A stretch of 63,098 bases of DNA, filler included, from Sphacelaria rigidula (taxonomy: Eukaryota), in assembly GCA_964200075.2 (NCBI GenBank). It is 4 parts of 4 records of this genome, joined end to end, with 100 filler letters (N's around TTAATTAATTAA, not from the genome) between each part and the next. Parts side by side here need not be neighbours in the genome. Positions count along the whole stretch, not along the records: positions 15,802 to 31,501 come from CAXNAA020001637.1; positions 31,602 to 47,300 come from CAXNAA020001638.1; 2 more parts are not named here. One strand, given 5' to 3'. Positions within the stretch are counted from its first letter, which is position 1. Every line of letters starts with the position of its first letter. The translations under genes were made by a program, and so were the position numbers. Under the pieces are notes generated by a model. It had not been told where the DNA came from. It searched no databases and was given only the letters and a program-made list of their open reading frames with translations. Positions 27,001-38,500 of this stretch are shown here, piece by piece.

Positions 27001-27487
27001 TGCACGGACGATAGGGTAGCATCGAGAGACAGACAAAAGACGGACCATACGAGGGTTATAAAGAGTCACCACCCATAAATAACGGCTGGCGTCGCCACAC
27101 AGGCATCGAAAGCTCAACATAGAGCATTGCTTGGAAAACTTGGGCCTGCACTATTCTGGGTGGGCTCCCAGAGACAAACCAGGAACGCCAATCTTTCACG
27201 TGTAGTAGGTGTCGGTGTCCTCTGATGCGGCACGCGCAATGTAAAAACCTGGCGGTGTCTTGATTGGTGGAATCTGGGCATGCCTGCAGCGCCGCTTCAG
27301 CCCTTCGAATGTAGTGAGCCACCTGCGTCAACAATTGACGGGAAAAATAATGTGTCGTTAACAACGAAAAATACATCGACAAACCGCAGCTGGCCACGAC
27401 TTACGACACCCTGTGGTGCCGTTCTAACTCCCGTTCCCACGGCATCAGCTCAACAAGAATTACTCCCGGAAACCGACGCAGCAAACG
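24042..27487 (-). CDS. Spliced gene (or recent pseudogene) of unknown function, internal part, about 290 aa
   Basis: Exons 27487-27405, 27322-27200, 26969-26954, 26598-26527, 25913-25865, 25699-25549, 25098-24920, 24384-24347 and 24200-24042, all bounded by AG/GT, join in phase into 870 nt with no stop: RLLRRFPGVILVELMPWERELERHHRVSWLTTFEGLKRR...VEALITQGDLFRYAVRCNRRLTQAMFTDLIRGR. No domain recognised. Confidence 0.6.
24626..24691 (+). mobile_element. Truncated LINE 3' end, intronic
   Basis: CTTGGGTACGTCCATCATGAGACCGCGGCTGGACCCCTGGGGGGTCA followed by (AATC)n. Confidence 0.75.
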
Positions 27488-29551
27488 CTGGAGGGAGCCT
27501 CACGCCACATCATCATTTTATCGTACTGTGTTTGAGTCTTGTACAACATCATGCGCACATCAGCAGCGTGCAACCATGCCATGCACCCCAACAGGGAAGA
27601 ACATGTGCATCCAAACGAGTAGGCTGAGCATTGTTTGGCCCAGGCTAGGTTTGTCGAAGCCTACTGTCATCTCCGTCCGGGACAAAAAATGTTTTCGACG
27701 TTGGTCAATCGATCGATCAGACCAGCATCAGATTTGAGATTTCCAAACTGGCACCTGTCCTGCGCGCTATCGTACAAAAGTATTGTTCTGTATTGGCTGC
27801 ACTGTCTGTGCCTTGTTGCCAGCAAAGCTTTATACATAATTTTATGTCGAGTGGGCGCAGCGAATTGTCTTTTCCGAGGCCATCACCCTCAGTTCAACAC
27901 TTTGGCCCATAAATCAATTTCGCAGACGCGCTCTGGGATGTAGGTGACTGAGCGGTGCCCAGCGCGAAGACCTTGCGAGCTCTGTCAACGTGGAAGCGGC
28001 AACCCTCTCGTCCAACTTTCCGGTCGAAACAGACCCCAAAAACGCCTACAGATGTGCTGGTGTCGCAAGATAAACATTTGTGCACGGGTATGATGTTCGT
28101 TTTCGCCAAAGCTATCACGCTTACCGCGACACCGTTCCCACGAACCCAATTCACACCAGCCTTCCACAAAATAAAGCAATTTACATTGGCGCTCTACGAT
28201 AGAAGGGACTTCCGTGCTGCTCGGGGCCACGACCTGCCAGCGCAGTCAACGTGGAACCGGTCACCTTAATATGAACATGAGTCGGCGTCTAACTCAGGTC
28301 GGAAACAACACAGCGCACAATAAAGGTGTCCTTCATTCGTGTTGCCAGGATTCAAATTAACCAAGATGTGTAGATTATCATCGCCGGAGCAATCATGTCC
28401 AAGAAAACACCGCAGTTGTCGATGAATCCAATCCATGCCAGCGCTCTAGTATTATAGTAGACCGCTACTGCCAGCACTGTCAACGTGCAAGCTACGGTCT
28501 TGTATAGAGTCTGGTATATAAAAAACGAAACACATAGAGTCACACGAAAAGAATAATCATCTCGAGCCAGACGCCCCGACCTCCGAATTGCCCGAGTACG
28601 AACGACAAAATGAACGTTAGTGCGCTACTTTCAGATATCAACTGCTGCTGCGTCTTCGAAAACATATTCGATATATTTCGACACACCGAGAGGGCTACGG
28701 CTCAATCTTTCAAACTGAATGACTTCGTAGTCATCGACGCGTTTAGAGAGTCGCTCGGTGCGTTGTCTGCAGGTAATTCTTTGACCAGTCCGCTACCTAC
28801 CGCAATTTGGGGGGGGGGGGACGTCCAAGACTTACACTTTGGAGCCGAACATCCGTCAAAAAGCAGTGTTGGACGTGTACCAAAACGTCCTCAAGCAACT
28901 CCACAACGGTGCCACATCAGTGACCGGGACTGACCACCACAGATGCACTAGTGCCACTCTGTAGATGGGGGGCGTCGCCTGTCAGTAGCAACATTAAATA
29001 TCCCCAAGTTCAGTGCACATCATTACGACAACATATTGGCTGGACTCGGGGACTGCCTACATGTTTCGTTTTCTCGAACGTGTAGAACGGTCGAGGGCTA
29101 CAAAATAACGTCAAAGCGCGCGCCGAAAACACCACAAACATCTTCAGCTGACTCTGCCCCGACGTCGAATGTACCATCCGCCGACGCTGTACAGAGGGTG
29201 TCTACGCGCGGGCAGGTGGGAAGTACCAACCCTGTAAACCGTTCACCATACATTGATCCCGCCGAGGATGTAGACTTGCAGTCCACTTGTTCCCTACCCG
29301 ACGCCAGCTTACCTCGGACATCGGCCATCCTTGCACCAGGCCTCCGAGCGCGATAGAACCCCAGAACAGGCATATGGACGCTTGCGTGTTCGCATGTGCG
29401 AATGGATGTCCCGCCCCCGCCTGTTCCTTGGAGTCGTACTCGGAGGACCTATCCCAGGCACTGGGGAGCGCCTCGACGTCTGAGTTGGGCGCGAATATTA
29501 CCCTCACCATGGCTTCGCGAATCGTACTGACGTACAAACGGCGGGGAGGCA

Positions 29552-29661
29552 GAAAAAGAGACAGCGCCCCACGCGTAAAATAAGCCCATGGGCAGTAAGG
29601 GGTCATGAAAAAAGAGACAGCGCCACGCGAAAAATACACCCATGGATAGTAAGGGGTCTTG
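29552..29661. repeat. Two-copy tandem repeat, unit about 55 bp
   Basis: AAAAAGAGACAGCGCC(CC)ACGCG.AAAATA..CCCATGG..AGTAAGGGGTC occurs twice. Confidence 0.8.
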
Positions 29662-31501
29662 ATATGGAAATTAGTTTCAGATTTGTGCGACTCTTGCCGA
29701 TCAATTGAAATTTTTGTCCGACTACTCCAAAGCAAGGAGAGCGGGAGAATAAAACCGACGCTAGGACCTGGGCCAGCCTGGAAACGGATTCAAGCCGTCA
29801 AAGCCGTAAGTCATCGACGCAAACGAATTGGGTCGTGACCCGCACATCCTGGCCATCATCTAATCAATGGTCAGAAGCCATCTACTAAACTAAACGCCAT
29901 GTCGAGTAAATCCTGTGACGTACGAAGATTTCTCGATACTCAAGTCTACACGGAAAACTCTTACAATTAATTCGCGGGTGACGCTGATTGCTGGTGTGAA
30001 CATTCCTCGGGGTATGGGAAAACAATTCAAGGGTCGGACAAATAGTGATTCGTCTGGAAATTACTTGGTTAGAGTATAATTGATTCGAATCGTACGAATC
30101 AATCCCTAGGCATTGTTTTCAGCGTTGCAACCCAGGTACACGCATCCGAGACATGTGGAATGGCGCAAAAGTTGCGTGAATANNNNNNNNGCAATCAGGC
30201 CGAAGAAATGGTGGATTTGGTGATTCGTAGTCGTGATGATTCGTCCTAACAGTGAAACAATTGAAGCCCTCACCGTGACCTTATTCGTCATCAATGGAGA
30301 TGTGTGGCTTCGTTTGTTTTGCATACTGAATTCAACATATTTTCCTGAATATGCACTAAATCGGGATTGTGCAGCTCGGTTCTGAAAGTTGTCTTGTCAA
30401 GTTTGGTATGGAGAACCGCAATAGCATAATGAACGAAGTTACGATGAGACTTTGAGCCTATGCGCTTTCTTCGCAACTTGAGGTCGCTGTGCAAGGCTGA
30501 CCGCGAACATCACGGATTTCAGGTTTCTTACCGTAGCCAGCCCTGCAGCCATAGGCAGCTCGTCCTCGGATCAGCGTCTCTCCTTACATTCAATCTCTGT
30601 ATTGTACTGAGGGGTGGGGGGTGTGCTAGACACGACAGCGAGTCGAATTACAGCCACGTGGTGTTAGGCGTTTGATGTCAATTTTTGCCCGGTCGTTTTT
30701 CTAAAATCAAACTCTATGATTTTTTGTCTGGGATCGTTGCTTTTTGGTCTCCAGAAGAAAAACGATATTTTTATCGGACAGGGTTTTCTTTCGATAAAGA
30801 GTGGTCAGACACAAATTCTCAACAAGGAGAGGCGGAAAATGTTCCTGGTAAGTTTTGTTTGCCAAGAGGAGCGGTCCAACCCTGTTTTGATCCATCGAAA
30901 CAAATGCTGAGCATGCTGCCCAAGCACGTTAGGTATGGGGTTGAGGCGCTGAATCGTGTTCTAGAGGTACGCAGCCCGCGTGTACAGGTGCACCCCGAAC
31001 CGAAAAATGCGCTACTCTTCTGTGTTACTAAAACCTCGGGGGCAAACCCTATTTCATCTATTCCCCTTTTGCTCATGCTCTCGAGATTGTCCCCATAAAT
31101 TTCGAAGCAACACTCTCAAAACCGAGCTCTTCAATCACCTGCAACGCTCAACTTCACTTCTAGGTCGGCTCAGATCGCGGAGTTCAGAGGCATGTTTCAT
31201 CAGTTTTGAACGCGTCTATTACCTGACCTGGATGACAACTCTGCACCCATATTTTTCGAAGATTTTGAATTCCCTGAAACCGTCGAAGAAGTCATGGGGG
31301 GGGGGGAAAGCGTACTCATTCGTTGCTTGCTTGAGTCGTTTGATCATTGACCACGCATCTCTTTCGAGACGGAGCACCGTTCCAATGTCATGGGGTGTAC
31401 TCATAATGATGCATGCATGCATGCATGTCATGGGGGTGGGGGGGGCGTACGCATTTGTTGCTTGCCTTAGTCGTTTGACCATTGACCACGCATCCCTTTC
31501 G

Positions 31502-31601
31502 NNNNNNNNNNNNNNNNNNNNNNNNNNNNNNNNNNNNNNNNNNNNTTAATTAATTAANNNNNNNNNNNNNNNNNNNNNNNNNNNNNNNNNNNNNNNNNNN
31601 N
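31502..31601. other. Artificial scaffold linker
   Basis: N-TTAATTAATTAA-N, 100 nt. Confidence 0.95.
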
Positions 31602-33035
31602 GGGCAATCAGGCCGAAGAAATCGTGGATTTTGTGATTCGTAGTCGTGATGATTCGTCCTAACCATGCATAATAGTGGAAATGGGAGGGTTGCTCAACGG
31701 TGCCGATGACGCACATGAATCACAGTAGTGTTCACTTCTACGCCGTGAAATTCCGAAGAAAGCTCTGAAAATTTTCAATGTTCACCTAGAACTTCTATCA
31801 GGGCGTGTCTTGAAAAAAGTTGAGGCACAAAATAAAATGGCGGAATTGATTCAGAGCAAATTCGTTCGTTTTGAGTGGTTGGGGTCCCAGCAAATTTGCA
31901 ACTTCACAACAAGAAAATGCGGCGGATGTCAGCAACCAACGGTGGATAGCACCCTCTACCTCAAAGCTGTTTTCACAGTGATCACGAGACACACTGCACC
32001 CGATGTAGCGCTCGAGATCTCACGCCGCAATTCTCACTTAGCTCATTGATTGCATGTTCGGCTTGTGTCAATTGGTCACGAGCTGAAGCAGCGTTGTCTG
32101 TTTCTGTACAGATGCGTCACCTCGAATCGATATTTTTCGCAAAAAAGCGCGGCTACTGTAGCGTTCGCGCAAATAGCCGCTGCTCGGCGAATATCTGAAC
32201 AATGTCACCTGGAAAAAGTGTGTCGTACTACGTGGACTGTGGCTTTTGTACCTGGAAAGGTGCGAGGCTTCGAGCCGGAATGTCTGTAGGTGCTGGGGCA
32301 TGCTTTGAAATTTCGAGCACACGCTTCCATCGGTGGCATATCACAACAATTGGACTTTCATCTGATTGGTATTATGGCAGTTTTTTGCGCCGCACTTTCG
32401 CCCGAAAAAACGGAGATTAGGGCTTTGGGGATCTTCGGTAAAAAACGCAGGAACGAGAACAATGAAATAAAGCATTTGAGAACATAAATGACGTGGACCG
32501 ATTAGATCGGGATTTCTCAACGCCGCCTCTCCTCCTTGCTGCCGGAATTTTTGAGAGGACAAGCTCTCACAGTCAGGGGTATTAGCACTACTCTGCAACA
32601 GGCTAAAATGGTTGATTCTGCCCCACTGATACTGTAGATACCACCCCCGGGGACAGCAACAAATTTCCAGCACTCCAGAGCACACACGATGCTCGCTCCA
32701 TCCCTCATGTATTATATTCCAGTTCTCCACGGGTTTTGGGACGTGTTGAACCCGCAAAAAAAAGAGAACAGGTGGTCGAGTGACTGTGTGCTAATCCCAA
32801 CAGCAAGTACTCGTACTACACCAGTACCATACTACTGTAGTATATGTTCATGAGGTTTCAAAAACGGGTACAGTACGGTCCATCCATTATACCTACTATA
32901 CCCCTACAGAAGGTCAACAATGAAGTTTTGAAAACGGGTACACGAAGAGTAGAGGTGCGCAGCAGCTCCACACGCCACCAATACCAATCTAGTATGTGAA
33001 CACAACAAAGAGCGAACGGACGCGAATCCTGGCAC

Positions 33036-33233
33036 CTGATGGAGGTTGTCAATGGACTCCCAGATGTCAGCGAAGAGTTGATACCGCATGCAGTCCTCGT
33101 CGCTGCTTGTAACTGTGCCTTGACCCTCGCGGAGGAATGGCAGCTGTGAGGGATCGATGGCAAGAAAGTCTTCCAGGCTCGGTCCATCACCCCCTGCGCT
33201 TCCGAACCAACTATTATGCCCATTCGACTCCAT
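33036..33233 (-). CDS. Candidate isolated first exon of an unknown gene
   Basis: ATG-initiated 66 codons (MESNGHNSWFGSAGGDGPSLEDFLAIDPSQLPFLREGQ...IWESIDNLHQ) ending at a CAG|GTGCCA donor. Downstream exons were not resolved. Confidence 0.3.
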
Positions 33234-35099
33234 GTCGGTCAACAGAGTAGCGCACAGACGGCTGCGCACAGTCAGTAGATTAGACTAGAGCAGAGCACAG
33301 CTAGTACAACGGGAAAGGTGTCGACGCTGTGGTAGGATGTGATGCATTAGTTTCGTGCTCAGACCCGCGGTCACCAGTGGATGAATCGTGATCATTGTAC
33401 TGTACAAAATCAATATTTCCACGGTACTCGTAGATTGGATACAATATACCAATCCATTACGGTGTTTGCAGCGTCATGATCAGAGAAGGCGGCATACAGA
33501 GTTCTCTGACCGGCTGCTGCTGTGTAAGGAGCTACCTGGGGATACGGCGATGCTTTACCTCATCGTCGAGCAGGACACGTACTGTGTACCCATCGGTGAT
33601 CTACGATAATAGCAGCAATGGCGCGACGCTCACAATTTTCATCGTGCGCCATTAGAAAAACGTGCTGGTGGACGTCGTATGCCTGTCGCACGTATGCAAG
33701 ACCGCAGCATATTTGACACCTGCTTTCTGCTCAGTTCAGCTGTGAAAAACTGCATCTCAATGGAGGCTGGTGTACGTTATTTTCAATGCAACGCACACTA
33801 CTACAGGAAGTCCCGCGTCAGCATGGGTTGTCGACAACTTGCGCACTACGAGGCGAAAAACAGTGCAACAGCGCACATATGCTTCAAGACCTGGCTCCAC
33901 GTTGTGCTCATGGTGCAAACCTGCCAATCTGGTCGTCAGGAACTGTGGGTTGCGCAGGGCAACATGTAAGTATGTGGTAGAACCCCCCTCTGATGAAGTA
34001 CTGAGAGGATGTTCCTTGGGCAAGACTTTCAATCCCATTGGTGACCGCCAGGGTTCATGTACCGGTGTCTCACGGTCGTTTATAAACAGAAAATGGGGGC
34101 GATTCACCATTTGACACACTCCGGCGGTCAAAGAGTTGAGTTGCCCATGCCGCTCTGGCTCCCTGTCCACCGACGACAAATATGGATAAACACTCAAGAG
34201 GAAGTAGCTCGCTGTTTTTGTCAGTATTGCCGCGCGCTTGGGTATTGAGGCAAGGTGCACGGGAGCAAGGTATGTTGGATCGCACTGTCATGCAAACTCC
34301 ACACAAGTTGGAAGCATCTGCTCAACAATACGACTATAACACAACAAGTGTGCACGTTTCCAACATCCAACACTGTCTGGAGCTAGCCATTTCTCTAAGC
34401 GTGCAAGACTAAACTGCTGGAGCGTACGAAAGGTAGCACGCATGTTCTTTTAACTTTTTACAAGGGGCCATGAGGCGTGACGGGTCGCTGAGGATCAAAA
34501 TACGCCCAGGCTGATTAGCTCACACTTTGAAGTGGAACGAGCGACAGAGGTCACAGGACGTTGCCACCCTGGGGGAGAATGGTCGGTAGCACGCTGATGT
34601 ACTTACTTTGCCGTCCGGACCATCCTCCCCCCCTCGTTCACCGCTGGACTGGTTACTTTTCAGATGATAAGTGTCGCTTCCCTCTCTGTCCGACTAAAAT
34701 TTAGCGACTGAACGCAGACCCCCGCCCACGTCCCACCCCGTTTCCAAGAAACTCGCAAAATCTGACAAAAAGTTCGCGGACACACTACAAACAAAAACAC
34801 ATCTCGCTTGATTGGACGGTACTGTACACTGCACTATCGACTAAAATATCCAGCAGAAATAGGGAGATACTCCCTCTTACACACCGTTAAACCGACGGTG
34901 CTGAAAATGGAAGGAATGCAACCCTTCTTCCAACATACACACCAACCCATCGTAAAACTACTCGCGTGTCTGCTGGTACAATATTTACTAATACTTGATC
35001 CAGAGGAAAGAGCCTCTCTAATAAAATCCAGCTACAGAAGCAATAACACAAAAGTCACCGTTTTGGGGTGCGTGTGGTTAAAAGTAGAAGATATGTTAC

Positions 35100-35149
<50 letters not shown>

Positions 35150-35576
35150 ACCCCAAACACACCCCACCCCCCCTCCGCCCCCCCCNNNNNNNNNNAAAAA
35201 CCAGCAACAAAAGCAAAAACACCAAAGTTACCGTTTTGGGGTGGGTGTGGTTAAAAGTAGAAGATATTTTACCCCCCCCCCCCCCCCCTCCCCCCCCGGC
35301 CCCTCCTTGCCCACGATGGAAACAAAGCAATCAACCAATGCACTGTGCCTATCCGCCGCAGTTTCAAGTTCGTGAGTATGGGCGGAATAACCCGCTGGTA
35401 CACTCGCCCATACGCAGGCTTATGGCGGCATATGCCGCCCTCTAGCTGCTCAGCCTATGTACGCCTCGAGGTTGCCAAGGCCGGCTTCTATCGCCGCTGC
35501 CACCGCCGCTGCCTCTGATAACACAATCCTCCCAACAGCTGCTGGGAGTTCATCAAATATATCGACTGGGCACCCC

Positions 35577-38500
35577 TCACATGACGGTACAATTACAACT
35601 CCCAGAGTGCGCTCGTGCTGCATCCTCCATCTTTAGTAGCTGCACGACCGTTAGGGTGGAGTGGAGAGAGGGGAGACGTGGGACGGAAATATTACAAAAC
35701 ACCATCAAGCGCTACGGATGATGGCATTAGCATTAGTCACGTATTGTCACCGAGCCGTGCTCCTGCGAGGCCCAATTGACCGCTGGGTCGCCACAAAGCA
35801 GCGTCATCAGTATGGATGACTTCTCACACAAACCCAAAACCACAACCGGCGCAATACTGGCAACTCGCATGAAGCGGAAAGGATAGTCAGGGTGCTTGAA
35901 CCCGCAAAACCCTACTTGATTGACATTGCGCACCCGTTCCATGATGTCGCGCGTTTCGATGTCTTTTTCGTCCAGTCGCTCCCTCAAATTTCTCCCCGCT
36001 TTACGAAGAGTGTCCAAGTCCGCCTCTCTGTCTTGCATTTCGTTTCGAATATCCCGCAACTCCTTGTCCTGCGTAAGGAAGCGCAAGCATGGCAAGTGCG
36101 GGAGGAACGTCAAGCTGCGCGGGAAAATCACGTACATGCATTGTACATAGAGCTAATGCTACCTTTTTCACCTCCAGCTACGCAGCCCCCTTCGAAAAAA
36201 GCCCAGAGCAAACACTGAAATGAGGACTTGGGAACACAGCGCAAATGCAAAATCATCCCACCTTCAACGCGATCGCCTGCCTCAGCTCCCCAACCTCCTC
36301 CTCAGTCGCGAACGACCCCCCTGCAGCCGTCTTGCCCGGCCAGTCGGACATGTGGCTCGTCGTGGTCCCACCCAAGGCTGGAGGCGCTGGTGGATCCACG
36401 GCTACCGTGCGGTCCAAGCCATTGTTGGCCCGTTTCGCCTCGAAGTCTCTATTGATTGTCAACTTCTTCATCTAATGGGCCAGGAACGAAATCAATATTA
36501 AGGTGGAAAGAGGGTGGTAGTTACGAGCTGGGTCACCCTAGAAGCCACCAGGAATGTTGAAACGCATCTTCTTCGCTCAATTTTGGATCCTTTTCCATGA
36601 TATTTCGACACTATGTACAGGACGTGTGAGCGAATGTCGAACCTGTCCCCCCCTATGTTGTTGTCATTTTTCTTCGTGAGTTGTTGGAAGTTTTGTTCCG
36701 AAAAACTGTTCTAAAATATTCCGTCGTCAATAACTCACGTAGGAAAAAAAAAACATGGGGGGGAAAGGTTCTTTATTCGCACATACGTCCTTACATCGTG
36801 TCAAAATTTCATCGAAAACGATCCAAAATTGAGCGAAGAAAATGCTTTATTCCGTCGACAACCGGTTACTACAGTATATGGTGGTGGACCAGTTACGAAT
36901 GATTCAAACGCATTTCTGCTGTTCAATTTTAAGCTGTTTTTGATGAAATTTTGACACCATGTACATGACGTATGTGCGAAGGCCGAATCTTTCCTCCTGT
37001 TTTTTCTTCTTCTTCGTGAATTATCAGCAATTTCGTTCCGGAAAAACTGTTATGAAATGTTCCGTCACCACAAAAACTCGCGAAGCAAAAAAAAAAAAAA
37101 TTACGGGAGGAATGAAGGAGCGTTTGCACATGCGTCCTGTACATCACGTCAAAATTTCATCAAAAACGACGGAATATTGAGCTCGAGAATTGTGCTACAG
37201 CTTGTGCTCCACCACGCGGCACAAAACTGACTATAACCGAAAATCCAATCTCAGCCGTTTTCTTTTGGCTAATTCTGCCACAGATGGTACCCTCAACCCT
37301 TTTCACTCTCGCTCTTGGCTATAGATTGGTATTTCGTTTGATGAGACCTTGCCGGATCGCAGTGCTGCATGGGTTTGAAGACGCACGCTGATTTGCCGAT
37401 CATCACGATGTGTCATAGTAGGCACAACTCGCGATACATCATCAGTTCAAACGGGCTGAAGGAAAGTGGGCTTCTTAGGCGGCCCAGCCCGTAGTGGTCA
37501 AGACAACAGCCACTTAACACCAAGGGTCTGCACGTAACACAACACTCCTTACGTTCACGTTTCACGTCAAGAATCCTCAAAAGTTAAGCCAGACTGGTAC
37601 CACGGTGAGGGGTTGCGTGGGGAACCCTAGTTTGACTTGACTTTTGAAGAGGTCTCCCCACGTGGTCCCCATCCCCCACCGTAGTACTAGCCTGGCTTGA
37701 CTTTTGACGTAAAAAGTGACACGACGTGACACGTAACGAGTGCAACGTGTAGACCCTTGTTTGAAATTGATCACGCAAAGGTGTGGCTGCTGTATCTACA
37801 AATCAACGGATAGTGACACTTGCAGTGCCATATTTCTGCAACTCTCAACAGACTTTGCACAAGTAGTTCCAAGGGTTGGACAAATCATCGCTGCTTCTAA
37901 TCAACAATTACAGGATATCCGAGGCCTGATCGGTTAAAAAAGAGAAAAGGTTGATCGCATGACAAATCATTCTCCACGCAATTCTTGCGCTCTTCCACAT
38001 GCCTGGGGTGCGTGTACCAGAGGTGATACGCTGAGAACGAAGTACAAGGATTGATTCGTGCGGTACGAATCGATTACATTTAAAGAAAGTAATCTTCAAA
38101 CGAATCATTCTTCGTCCGGCCATTGAACAGTTCGGTTCCCTGTAGTACTCCAGTGCAACTTGGCCTACGACGACTTCACTCACTGCAACGCCTTGTCGTA
38201 CCTTTCGTAAATCCTTCTCTGTTTCGTCGACTCTTTTCAGCACGTTAAGTAGAATATCCTCATTGGTCTTCTGATCAACGTTGAGGTTTTCGACGCGCTC
38301 CTCCAAGTCATCCAAATCCGCGATGATTTGTTCCAATGCCATTTCGTACGCAACTGATGAATGAAGGGGCAGAGACGGACATGCAACGCATTGTTATCAC
38401 GATTGATATCTCCAACGAGGCAGGTCGACATGAGCACATCAACGATGAAACAGGCTTCCCAACTTCGAGTGTTACCCTTCAAGCAAGCGTGCCCGCAACC

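Noticed and set aside
30191-31663. Near-identical 60-bp direct repeats at 30191 and 31604 as LTRs
   Set aside because: Both start immediately after N gaps and belong to the dispersed MITE family, so they are likely contig-end effects.
35035-35300. Poly-proline ORFs and a duplicated 60-bp segment around poly-C
   Set aside because: The copies flank an N gap and long homopolymers, typical of low-quality read ends. The same applies to 25960-26205 and probably 31290-31501.
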